64,000 bases of DNA. It comes from Malacoraja senta (taxonomy: Eukaryota). The stretch spans positions 27,096,001 to 27,160,000 of the forward strand of contig CM075987.1 of assembly GCA_038087875.1 (NCBI GenBank), written 5' to 3'. A program made the translations under genes and the position numbers. Of this stretch, positions 27,276 through 39,027 are shown piece by piece (within the stretch, counting starts at the first letter, position 1; each line of letters opens with the position of its first letter). The notes below the pieces were generated by a model. It was given only the letters and a program-made list of their open reading frames with translations, was not told the origin of the DNA and did no database searches.

Positions 27276-30039
27276 GTCATTTGCTACAATGGAAGCAAAA
27301 GAAAGTGTAGATGCTGGAACCCTGAGAAAGAAAAAGACTGCTGGTGGAACTCAGCGGGTGAGGCAGCATCTGTGGAGGGAAATGGACAGATGGCATGTTG
27401 GGTTAGGATCATTCTTCAGAACAAAGGATTCCAATACAAAACACTATCTGTCCATTTATCTCCATGGATGCTGCCTGACCCAGAGTTCCACCAGTAGTTA
27501 GTTCTGCTATGAGTGAATTGGATATGGTGCTATTGATGAATCAGGGAATGCAAACCAAATTGGTTATAACAGGATTTAGACCAGGAACTAAAAAGTCACT
27601 TAAGAGTTACTTTGGAACTAGGCAAGCAGGAAAAAAGCTGTTTTTTTGGAAAAAACACAACTGTTTACATTAACCACGCTATAGTATTCAGACACCATTG
27701 TTCAAGAAATGAGTGCCAGCTTCATTGCAACAGGCCATTGGAAATTACCAATCATTTGTTTTAATTGATACATGTGCAATGATAACATATTACAAAAATA
27801 ACATACAGACTTTAGTACTTTTAGCTGGTAGTAACAAAATAAACCTATAACTATTAAAAATACCTTCAATTTTGAAAATCCTGCAGGAAAACTAACTTTC
27901 TTGTTGCATCTGAAATTCTCTAGCTTCCAACACACATTTTTGAACATACAAAAAATGTTAATGCAATTTTCTATAACACAAGATTTCTTAGAAACACAAC
28001 TTTCACACTGTAGCAGAACTACTTGAACTGCACTGTGAACAGGTAACCCGAGTCATCTCATCTCAAGATGGGGGGGTAATGGAAAATAAATTCAAATACT
28101 TGGTTGCTTTGTGGTTAAATATTTTGTAAGTTACAAAACTTATTCTTAAGAGTAAGCTATAATCAAAACTAAAATAACTGGCTCAACGAGCATAACAGGA
28201 CATTTAAATTGCAGAGAGAGACCGATCACACCAGTTTGAAATGAGTCCCGTGATTATTATGAAAATAAATCAACCGTGGTCAAAATAAATACCACTATAT
28301 AACCATCTATTAAAAGTGAAGAATCTATATTGCTTGTCCATCTACATTTAATGTCATGAAGAATCATGCGCAGATTAATTGTTTTTTTTTACTCAAATAT
28401 TCTTTCATCTCAATGTTCATTCACGCAAGTAAATACACATGGAATTAGTTATTTTACAACACAGAGAATAATCACACAACGGGGAAAAAGCCATGATCAT
28501 ATTGAATGACGGTGCTGGCTCGAAGGGCTGAATGGCCTACTCCTGCACCTATTTTTCTATGTTTCTATGTCAATGCCCTTATTTCAATGTCCTTAAACAA
28601 TGCAACGAAGGAGCTGTTTTTCTGTGACAGGACATTGAGCCAAGTTAAATGATAAACAGTTCATCTGCACTACTGAAAATAAGTAGAAGCAAGATTAGCC
28701 CCTTACACCAACTCCATCATTCTGTAAGATCATGACTGTTCTTTTACCTCAGCTCACTTTCTTATACTAATCCCATGTGCCTTTATATCCTTAATATCCA
28801 AATGTCAATTCATAGATGAAATATCGAGACAGTGAAATCAGACTATTCCTGCAAATAATAAGCAAAAACAGATACTAATGGGTGAGATATAAAACTGCAT
28901 CATTAGTAGAATCCAGACACCATTACTACTGACAACATACAGAGGACAAAGAAATCCTGGAAGTAATTATAAAATCTCTAGTTTAGTGGAAATGGAGGAA
29001 GGATAATTGACTAAATGGTTTATGTATGGAATAATGACTGACACTCAAGAATGGTTTCTCGGCAATAATCTAACCGAACGATAAAATTGGAATATTCACA
29101 AGATAGAGATGAGATCACTTCCAAAGGCCAATCAGTAAAGATATAAGCTTGGGTCTGACAATATAAAGCATGATTGAAAGGAGTCTTATATATAAAAACA
29201 AACAACGGAAAGAATACAGGAGATTTATAGCGAGAATTGTGGCAAGTAAAAAGAACAGATGAGTCAAAGGAGTCCTTCCTTCCAAAATCCTAGATAGCTT
29301 TCCTCCCTCAGACATCGTCTAAATAAATTATCAGGTCGTGACTTGCTGCTTACTACTCACAAACTGCAGTCATATTTGTCAAACTAACAAGCTAAAATGC
29401 AGGCCATCTACTGTATGCAAAATGGCTTGTGACCAGCTGAAAATGTGAAAGTCGGCATTTCGATGTTAGTTTTTTTTTTTTTTTTAAATCATTCCATCTA
29501 CAATTGCTTTCTCCCAAATGTATTCATTTAATGCATTCTCCCAATCGTTTAATGCATTCCTTCCAAGTCACTATATAGAATTTAAAACAATGTCCAATAT
29601 ATTGTTTTCTCGGTACTTGCTTGCACCTCCATCTTCTTAAATCATCATAGATTTCCTCATTCTTTAGCAAACGGCTGTTCCCCTCTTCCATTATATATGA
29701 GGCCCTCACATGAATTCACAACAGCTGAACATCAAACATTTGTATGTTAAATCAAAATATTTGTTAAATAGCCTATGTTATGGGGAAGCATAAATTCATA
29801 TAGGACACAAGTTCCAGCCATTGTTATTCTATAAAGGTTGCATTCTTAATTTGAACAGATCAGTATGTATAAATATAACAAACATATATTAATCAGATTT
29901 TTGAAAATACAGTAGTTCACTAAATAATTTTCTGGTCTCCAAACATTTTATATGACAATGCCAGACAATAATCATACTGTTATTAATTCCCACCATTTAT
30001 AATAAATAGTTATTTAAATATAGATGGAATTAAAAACAA

Positions 30040-30856
30040 ATGTTGGGTGAGTGGGCAGATGCATGGCAGATGCAGTTTAATGTGGATAAATGTGAGGTTA
30101 TCCACTTTGGTGGCAAACACAGGAAGGCAGATTACTATTTAAATGGTGTCAAGTTGGGAAAAAGGGGGAGTACAACGAGATCTGGGGGTCCTTGTTCATC
30201 AGTCACTGAAAGTAAGCATGCAGGTGCAGCAGGCAGTGAAGAAAGCCAATGGCATGTTGGCCTTCATAACATGAGGAGTTGAGTATAGAAGCAAATAGGT
30301 CCTTTTGCCGTTGTACAAAGCCCTATTGAGACCACACCTGGAGTATTTTGTGCCGTTTTGGTCTCCAAATTTGAGGAAGGACATTCTTGCTATTGAGGGA
30401 GTGCAGCGTAGGTTCACGAGGTTCTTTCCCGGGATGGCGGGACTGTCATATGTTGATAGAATGGAGCAGCTGGGCTTGTATACTCCAGAATTTAGAAGGA
30501 CGAGGGGACTTTATTGAAACATTCAAGATTATTAAGGGTTTAGACATGCTGGAGGCAGGAAACATGTTCCCGATGTTGTGGGAGTCCAGAACCAGGGGCC
30601 ACAGTTTAAGAATAAGGGGTAAGCCAATTAGAACGGAGATGAGAAAAAACATTTTCACACAGAGGGTTGTGAATCTGTGGAATTCTCTGCCTCAGAAGGC
30701 TGTGGAAGCCAATTCTCTGGATGCTTTCAAGAGAGTTAGAGCTATTAAAGATAGCGGTGTCAGGGAATATGAGGAGAGGGCAGGAATGCGGTACTGATTG
30801 TGGATGATCAGCCATGATCGAAGGGCCGAATCGCCTACTCCTGCACCTATTGTCTA
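30040..30856 (+). mobile_element. CR1-clade LINE 3' fragment (RT C-terminus, with frameshifts and stops)
   Basis: LGEWADAWQMQFNVDKCEVIHFG; LYKALLRPHLEYFVPFWSP; FTQRVVNLWNSLP. Confidence 0.85.
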
Positions 30857-31838
30857 AATGTATCTCAACACTCTCGCATTCATACATTTTTACATTGATT
30901 TTCTTAACCTGTTAAAATGCAACTTTCATTCCTCTCCAAAATGTCCATTATCTAAACTGCACTCAAACTATATGATATCAAGAGCAAAAGTAAAATTGTG
31001 CTCCATAGTAAAATAAAAACCATGAAGTATTAACCTTGAAGCTTCATTAAATGCCTGTTCTAACTTTTGTTTCAGACAGATTTCTCAATGCTCACTTTTA
31101 CAATTTACTCCAAATATTTCTAACAACTCTGTTATTGACTGAGGATTCATCAAATATTAATTGTATTAATGCTGTACACAATTTGGGTTTGTCCTGCTTG
31201 GTAAACGTTCTTGCATTAAACCCGAAAAGTACACATTTTTGACTACTCCTCACATTTTCCACATTGCAGATGCATTAAATATCGTTCCGTTGTGACCTTC
31301 ACGACTTCATTTTAAGCTCTTGATAAAGGAATTTATAAATTATACTCTTTTAACATCGCCCCCGAGTAAATATTGATTGACATACAAGTTGCATTAAATT
31401 TTAACTTTATCACGAGGAACTGCAGGTGCTGGTTGGCAGCAAAAAAGCCATAATGTGATGGAGTAACTCAGCGGTCTGCCTGACTTCATTGAGTTACTTC
31501 AGTATATCGTGTCTTTACATTTTAACTTGATCTGCTTCAGTGTTTGAATTAAGATTTAGCGTATGTTTATAATTAATAATCTATCCATCTCTGAACCATT
31601 CTGCCCACACATACCAACTGCGTAGGAAGGAACCGCAAATGCTGGTTTACTCCGAAGACGGACACAAAATGCTGGAGTGACTCAGCGGGTCAGGCAGCAT
31701 CTCAAGAGTCACAAGAGTGTTTTTTGTCATATGTCCCAGACAGAAAAATGCCATTCTTACTTGCCGTAGCACAACAGAATATGTAAACATAGTTCTTTGT
31801 AAACAGTATAATAAACAAGATAAAAAAGTTCAGTATAG

Positions 31839-31841
<3 letters not shown>

Positions 31842-31918
<77 letters not shown>

Positions 31919-31920
31919 CA
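31842..31920. repeat. (TA)n/(CA)n microsatellite inside a Rex-type tail
   Basis: About 32 TA units followed by CA units. Confidence 0.95.
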
Positions 31921-32311
31921 CTCAGAACATTTTGCTCTCACATATGTATGTGCATGTATACATATACTTAAACACATATATACATACACAGAAGAAAAGG
32001 AACACCGATTCCTTTTCTCCAGAGATGCTGCCTGACCCACTGAGTTACTCCAGCATCTTGTGTCTATCTTCACACACACTAATGTAGAATGGTTCATTGT
32101 TGGCTGAAGGGAAGGTGACGAGGAAGCATAATGGCCCAGTTACTGTGTGAAGCCGCCGAAGCCAGCGGCCCAGACCCACAAGCACAGGGCCACAGTCACT
32201 GACCCACAGACCGACGACACAAAATGCTGGAGTAACTCAGCGGGACAAGCAGCATCTCTGGAGAGAAGGAACGGGTGACCTTTCGGGTCGAGGCCCTTCT
32301 TCGTCTGCTCC

Positions 32312-33037
32312 ACAGACACAGACCCACAGACAACAGTCCCAGGCACACAGACCCACACACACTGACATAGATAGACACAGACCCACACACAGACACACAA
32401 ACAAACCCACACACGGAGACAGATACAGACACAGCCACACACAGATTGACAGAACCCCACACACGGATAGACACACACAGACCCCCACACACACAGACCC
32501 ACACAGACAGATAGACACAGACACACACAGAACCCCATACACGGATATAGACACACACAGACCCACAAGCGCACACACAGGTAGATACACACACGGACGT
32601 AGCCACAGACAGGTACAGATAAATACACACACACATACATACACACCAAGACACACACAAAGACACACACACACACAGACCCACACACACACAGACCCAC
32701 ACACACACAAAGACACACACACACAGACCCACACACACACAGACACACACAAAGACACACACACACACACCCACACACAGACCCACACACAGACCCACAC
32801 ACAGACCCACACACAGACCCACACACAGACCCACACACACAAAGACACACACACACAGACCCACACACACAGACCCACACACACACCCACACACAGACCC
32901 ACACACAGACCCACACACAGACCCACACACAGACCCACACACAGACCCACACACAGACCCACACACAGACCCACACACAGACCCACACACACACCCACAC
33001 ACAGACCCACAGACCTACACACACACAGACAGACCCA
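32312..33037. repeat. Compound CA-rich simple repeat, (CAGACCCACACA)n at its right end
   Basis: Near-perfect 12-mer array over ~32770-33010, degenerating leftward. Confidence 0.95.
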
Positions 33038-33047
33038 GGCCGCTCAC

Positions 33048-33153
33048 CTGTCGGCCGCAGCTGCAGCACCAACGCTGCGAGCAGGACGACGACGACCCTC
33101 AGCGTGTGTCCGCTGGGCCCCAGTGCAGCTCTCCACAGTACTCCCATCCTCAT
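33048..33153 (-). CDS. First coding exon of an unidentified secreted or type-I membrane protein (signal peptide MRMGVLWRAALGPSGHTLRVVVVLLAALVLQLRPT, phase-1 intron)
   Basis: Lies in a CpG island; basic N-region plus hydrophobic core VVVVLLAALVLQL; strong donor CAG|GTGAGC at 33048/33047; second ATG (33147) in aggATGg context. Confidence 0.7.
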
Positions 33154-33164
33154 CGAGGCGGCAT
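33150..33164 (-). promoter_or_regulatory. Upstream ORF (MPPR*) whose stop overlaps the first in-frame ATG
   Basis: gcaccATGCCGCCTCGATGA; the TGA overlaps ATG 33153. Confidence 0.5.
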
Positions 33165-33385
33165 GGTGCAGGTTTGCGGCGGCGAGTGAGCGAGTGAGTG
33201 AGTGAGTGAAGGAGCTCGGTGTTGTGTGCTCTATCCCGGTCCGACGTGGATCCGCTCTCGCACCTTCACCACCATTGGCGCCGCGTCGCTACGCAACCGG
33301 GCCAGGCCCCTCACGCCGGCCACGCGCCCGCGTCATCGCCTCACGCAGCGTGCGTCAGGTGGCGGTGGTGAAGGCCTTGGCCGAT
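33154..33385 (-). promoter_or_regulatory. CpG-island promoter / 5' UTR
   Basis: Dense CpG in non-repeat DNA; CCAAT on the minus strand at 33274-33278; TGACG half-CRE motifs at ~33331 and ~33353; (TCAC)n initiator-like run 33183-33208. Confidence 0.7.
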
Positions 33386-33512
33386 GGATGGAGCCTGACC
33401 CAAGGCTCAGGTTGGAAAGAACTGCAGGTGCTGGTTTAAATCAATGGTGTATATACACAATGCTGGAGTAACTCAGCGGGTCAGGCAGCATCTCTGGAGA
33501 GAAGGAATGGGC

Positions 33513-34187
33513 TGAGTGCAATCAATGGTGGTGCAAGGATATAGGTGCCAGTTTACCAAACCTTGACCTATCTTAACCCAAGAAGTGGAATCAATGGTAG
33601 CACAAGGAAATAGATGCTGGCTTACCAAACCTTGAGCTCTGTCAACCCAAGCTCAGGTATGGTGAGTACAATGAATGGTAGCACAAGAAACTAAGTACTG
33701 GCTTCCCAAAACCTTGCGCTCAAGCCAAGCTAAGGTAGGGTGAGTACAATCGATGGTGGTGCAAGGAACTAAACGCTGGTTTACCAAACCTTGAACTATC
33801 CCAACCCAAGCTGACGTAGTGTTTAAGAAGGAACTGCAGATGCTAGAAAAATCGAAGTCTCGACCCGAAACGTCACCTATTTCCTTCGCTCCATCGATGC
33901 TGCCTCACCCGCTGAGTTTCTCCAGCATTTTTGTCTACCTTCCAAGCTGGCGTAGGGTGAGTGCACAAAGAACTAGATGCTGGTTTACCAATCCTTGAAC
34001 AATCTCAACCAAAACTAATGTAGGATGAGTGCAATTAATGGCATGAGGAACTAAAAGCGAATTTACCAAACTTTGAGTTGGATCAACCCAAACTTAGTTA
34101 GGTTGGGTGTAATGAAAGTGCCACATGGAATTAGATGCTGGTTTCCTAATGCTTGAGCTATCTTAACAACCCAAGCTGAGGTAAACC
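33513..34187. repeat. Diverged ~70-80-bp minisatellite, ~7 units, interrupted by a Penelope fold-back
   Basis: Unit ~gagtgcaatcaatggt(g/a)gcacaaggaactagatgctggtttaccaaaccttgagctatctcaacccaagct.aggtagggt; units start near 33513, 33584, 33664, 33742, 33959, 34027 and 34105. Confidence 0.85.
33820..33941. mobile_element. Penelope-derived fold-back insertion
   Basis: 14-bp TSD ccaagctg(a/g)cgtag at 33806-33819 and 33942-33955. Confidence 0.7.
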
Positions 34188-34235
34188 GAGACATTTTCAG
34201 TATCTATACATTCAATAATGTCATACTCAGTATTG

Positions 34236-34730
34236 TTTGATATGATATGATACGATAGAACTTTATTCATTCCAGGAGGGAAATTAATCCACCAACAGTA
34301 AAAAAAAACACAAATTACATGAAACATGAAATCAAAGTGATGAGTGGAATGGCTTGGGGGATGGGCAAAGATTGGGGAGGGCGAGGGGGGGGGAGTCAGT
34401 CTACCCCATGACAGAAGGGGGAGGAGTTATACAGTTTGATAGCCACAGGGAAGATCTGTGGCGTTCTGTGCTGCATCTTGGTGGAACCAGTCTGTTGCTG
34501 AAGGTACTCCTCAGGTTGACCAGTGTGTCATTGAGGGGGTGAGTGGTATTGTCCAGGATGCTCTGCTGTTTGAGGAGCATCCTCTGCTCCAAGACCATTT
34601 CTCATGAATCCAACTCCACCCCCAGGACGGAGCCAGCCTTCCTGATGAGTTTGTTGATCCTATTGGCGTCCGCAGCCTTCGCCCTGCTGCCCCAGCACAC
34701 AGCAGCGAAGAAGATGGCACTGGCTACCAC
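34236..34730 (-). mobile_element. Rex1-type LINE 3' fragment
   Basis: VVASAIFFAAVCWGS..ANRINKLIRKAGSVLG; ILDNTTHPLNDTLVNLRSTFSNRLVPPRCSTERHR; (atatc)n tail. Confidence 0.8.
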
Positions 34731-34749
34731 CTATCTTTAAACAAAACAC

Positions 34750-34965
34750 CCTTGCTACTTGTGACAGCCCTTCCCTTTGAGGGGTGTCCCCAACTGACTT
34801 TGCCCCTCAATGTTCATCAGCAGAAGGACTCTGGGCTGTGGTCCTCCCCTACAGAGCCTTGGCGTTAGCTGCACCAAGCTTCAGGGCGTACATCTGCAGT
34901 CTACAAGGAGCCAGTCGGCAACATTCCCTGACGGACATCTTGCTCTGCTGGTAAACTGTCCATCA
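34750..34965 (-). mobile_element. Tx1-type LINE 3' remnant
   Basis: Minus strand reads QQSKMSVRECCRLAPCRLQMYALKLGAANAKAL, resembling the vertebrate Tx1 ORF2 C-terminus. Confidence 0.55.
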
Positions 34966-35322
34966 GGTGTGGTCAGCACGGAACACCCTACAGGCACGGC
35001 AGGACCAGGACTCGAAACGTCACGTGGCAATGCGTTCCAGGCCACTACCACCCTCTGTATAAAAAACGGGCCCCGAAAATCTGCATTAAACTTTCCCCCT
35101 CTCACCTAATAGCTGTGCCCTCCAGTGTTGGACATTTCCACCCTGGGGAAAAGGTTTAATATACGTTTGTTTTGCATCATGTGCCACTTTGCATACACGT
35201 AACCCCCACGTAAAACGCCAGGTGCATGTAAAGATAAACAAGGTTTCTTGATTTTCAGCTGAAAAGGCCATAGATTTTCCTTTCACACCTCCTTCCTTAT
35301 GTAGCAGGACCACATTTGTTAC

Positions 35323-35540
35323 CGAAGATAGACACAAAAAGCTGGAGTAGCTCAGCGGGACAGGCAGCATCTCTGGAGAGAAGGAATGGGTGACGTTTCG
35401 GATCGAGACCCTGCATCAGTCTGAAGACCCGAAACGTCACCCATTCCTTCTCTTCAGAGATGCTGCCTGTCCCGCTGAGTTACTCCAGCTATTTGTGACG
35501 ATCTTTGGTTTAAACCAACATCAGCAGTTCCTTCCTCCAC
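35323..35540. mobile_element. Penelope-derived fold-back (inverted terminal repeats)
   Basis: gatagacacaaaaagctggag...gacgtttcgg, then ctgaagacccgaaacgtcacccattcc...ctccagc. Confidence 0.7.
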
Positions 35541-35629
35541 ATTTACCATCTAGTCATCAGGCTATTAAACACAACATCAAACAAACTCTGAACAATAACA
35601 GTCTATTATTACTTTTGCACTTTATTTGT

Positions 35630-36600
35630 ATTGTATTGTATTGTATTGTATATCTTTATTGTCATTTCCTGAGTATTCACATACCCAGAGGAAACAAAAA
35701 AACGTTCCTCAACCAGTGTCCATTTCAGTGTGCAGTAAAAAATAAATAGAAGTAAAAATACATATATCATGAACAAATTAACACTCTACTCTCTACTAAA
35801 CATCAACAGGCCTTCCGATCGGCAGCGGCACGACAGTGGCTCTGCTGCAGTGTGTCCAGGTTGGTGGTTGGTGCACGATACTTTGGCAGGGGGCAAAGTC
35901 CGTTTATCAGTCTTATAACCTGCGGGAAGAAGCTGAGGAGCATCCTGCTGGTTTTGCACCTAATGCTCCTGTACCTCTTCCCAGATGGCAGGATGGAGAA
36001 TATGTGATGCGATGGGTGGTAGGGGTCTTTGATGATGGAGATGGCTCTGCTGATACATCTCTTCCTGTATATGTCCAGCAGGAAAGGGAGTGGAGCACCA
36101 ATAATCCTGCTGGCGGTCTTCACAATCCTGTCTAGTTGGTGCCGTTCGTACGCCTTGCAGCTCCCGAACCAGGAAGTGATGCCGTAGGTTAATGTGCTCT
36201 CGATTGTCCCCCTATAAAAAGTTCGTAGGTGTGTAGTGGGGAGACCTGCTTTACGTAGTCTTCGGAGAGGGTGTAGTCGCTGCTGGGCTCTCTTGACCAG
36301 TGCTGTGGTGTTGGTCGTGGAAGTCAGGTCATCTGACAGGTGGAGTCCTAGGGACTTCACGCTGTTGACCCTTTCCACATCAGCTCCATCGATGTGCAGA
36401 GGTGTATGGTGTTGTTTTCCTGCCCTCCTGATGTCAACCACCATCTCCTTGGTTTTTCCCATGTTTAGAATGAGGTTGTGGGATTTGCACCATCCTGTGA
36501 GCAGCTCCACCTCCATCCTGTACGCCGACTCATCATTGTCACTGATGAGACCCACCACTGTTGTGTCATCAGCGAACTTGTTGATGAAGTTGTTGTTGAG
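35630..36600 (-). mobile_element. Rex1/Babar-type LINE, 5'-truncated RT (268-aa open frame), nested in another Rex tail
   Basis: KFADDTTVVGLISDNDESAYRMEVELLTGWCKSHNLILNMGKTKEMVVD; (tacaa)n 3' tail; host tail split at 35560-35629 and 36616-36770. Confidence 0.9.
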
Positions 36601-37629
36601 TCTAAACAAATAAACTTTGTTTATTTATTGTGTATATATACGGTCTATGGTATATGAACTTTTATCTCCTGTTCTGTATTATGTTTACATATTCTGTTGT
36701 GCTGCAGCAAGAAAAATTTTATTGTCCTATCTGGGACACATGACAATAAAACTCTCTTGACTCTTGACTCTAGTCTGCATGGTATTCACGCTCTCTGTGG
36801 CAATATCTTTCAAAATCCTTTGCATCTTCGCAGCACAACATTTTGAAGGAGGGCTGAACTTGCATTCTCATTTCTTTCAGATTTTGAGCATGTGAAATTA
36901 TTTTGTTTTTTGACAAAATATATTATCTGGTAATAACCAAGTTGCCATTTGCTCCCAAGCCTGTCATTTTGTTGTAAAGTTGATTGTTTTGCTGAGTTCT
37001 TATAGTCACGTGAAGTTTCCAGTTGTATTGGGAGGATAGGTTTGGAAATCCTCACTATGTCAACTACTGCACCTCCTCTGGATTCTTGACAACGTAAGAA
37101 AAAATAATTCCCTCTATGTTGTAGTAATCGAATGTCAATAAGTATCTTAGAGCCCACAGGTTATAATGAAAACATAGGCTTATATATTCATAGATATCGG
37201 TTACGTAAACAAAGGTAGGCATGGTGGAGATTGCATAAGAAACCTGTAGGTCTGGTTTTACAGCATTTTGTGAACATTTAATATCACTGCGGAGGTTGTT
37301 ATTCCCTGCCGAGAAATAAACCTCACTGGCAAATTAACAGGGATTAGATTGCTTGAAAGATACAGCATGGAAACAGGCCCTTCAGTCCACTGAGTCCACG
37401 CTGACCATCATTCAAAGACCATCAAAGGCTCCGACCACGGATGAACATTGAGGAAGATGACTGAACTTTATTGCCTTCCCTCACAGTGGGAAACGTTGAT
37501 TCCGCTATGGGGGATGTTTATGTTGAACTCTATCGTGTATTGTGTTCTTTTTATTCGTATGGCCGTATGGTAGCTCAAATTTCACTCTACCAATTGGTGC
37601 ACGTGACAATAAATGTGAACTTGAACTTG

Positions 37630-37872
37630 AGTCACCCGTTCACACTAGTTCCATATCATCCCTGTTTTGTATCCACTTTCTACACACTAGAGGCAATTTA
37701 CAGTAACCTACAAGCCTGCGTGCCTTTTGGATGTTGGAGGAAACCGGAGCACCTGCAGGAAACCCACGTAGTTATAGGGAGAACGTACAAACTCCACACA
37801 GACAGCACCCGAGGTCAGGATCAAATCCGGGTCTTTGGCGCTGGGAGGCAGCAGATCTACCAGCAATGCCAT
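37630..37872 (-). mobile_element. V-SINE (HE1-like)
   Basis: Reverse complement of the SINE head and core; head-to-head with 37921-38213. Confidence 0.7.
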
Positions 37873-37920
37873 TGTGCTGAATAATGGGTTAGTGAGGATG
37901 GATGAGGATATCTTAGAGTC

Positions 37921-38213
37921 AGGTGCACAGTGGTAGAGTTGCTGCCTCACTGCGCCAGAGACCCAGGTTCGATCCTGACTATGGGTGTTGTCTGTATGGA
38001 GTTTGTACATTCTCCCCGTGACCACATGGATTTTCCCAGGGTGCTCCGGTTTCCTCTCACACTCCAAAGACGCACAGGTTAGTAGGTTAATGAGCTTTAG
38101 TAAAGATTGTAAATTGTTCTTAGTGTGTAGGAAAGTGCTAGTGTGCAGGGCTCAGTGGTCGGCGTGGACTCGGTGGGCTGAAGTGCCTGTTTCCGCGCTG
38201 TATCTCTAAACTA
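37921..38213 (+). mobile_element. V-SINE (HE1-like), near full length
   Basis: A and B boxes, V core, tail tatctctaaactaa. Confidence 0.8.
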
Positions 38214-38261
38214 AGCAAGCACTGGAGATGGAAGGAATGCCGTGAAGCCAGTGAAGGATGT

Positions 38262-39027
38262 CTACTATCTAAATGGCGTCAAGTTGGGAAAAGGGGAAGT
38301 ACAACGGGATCTGGGGGTCCTTGTACATCAGTCTATGAAAGTAAACATGAAGGTACAGCAGGCAGTGAAGAAAGCAAATGGCATGTTGGCCTTTATAACA
38401 AGAGGAATCGAATATAGGAGCAAAGAGGTCCTTCTGCAGTTGTACAGAGCTCTAGTGAGACCACACGTGGAGTATTGTGTGCAGTTTTGGTCCCCTAATT
38501 TGAGGAAGGACATTCTTGCTATTGAGGGAGTGCAGCGTAGGTTTACAAGGTTAATTCCCGGGATGGCGGGACTGTCATATGCTGAGAGAATGGAGCAGCT
38601 GGGCTTGTACACTCTGGAGTTTAGAAGGATGAGAGGGAATCTCATTGAAACATATAAGATTGTTAAGGGCTTAGACACGCTAGAGGCAGGAAACATGTTC
38701 CCGATGTTGGGGGAGTCTAGAACCAGGGGCCATAGTTTAAGAATAAGGAGTAAGCCATTTAGAAGGGAGACGAAGAAACACTTTTTCTCACAGAGAGTGG
38801 TGAGGCTGTGGAATTCTCTGCCTCAGAGGGCAGTGGAGGCAGGTTCTCTGGATGCTTTCAAGAGAGAGCTAGATAGGGCTCTTAAAAATAGCGGAGTCAG
38901 GGGATATGGGGAGAAGGCAGGAACGGGGTACCGATTGGGGATGATCAGCCATGATCACATTGAATGGCGATGCTGGCTCAAAGGGCCAAATGGCCTACTC
39001 CTGCACCTATTGTCTATTGTCTATTGA
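38262..39027 (+). mobile_element. CR1-clade (HER1-like) LINE 3' fragment, frame intact
   Basis: YYLNGVKL..RDLGVLV..LYRALVRPHVEYCVQFWSP..FFSQRVVRLWNSLP; (ctattgt)n tail. Confidence 0.9.

Noticed and set aside
32140..33047. Long Cys/Val/Gly-rich ORFs (337, 268 and 261 aa)
   Set aside because: Translation of the TG-rich simple repeat, open in all three frames; only the part upstream of the 33048 donor is credible.
33513..34187. Regularly spaced repeats as a CRISPR array
   Set aside because: Whole units are homologous with no unique spacers; eukaryotic context; no cas genes.
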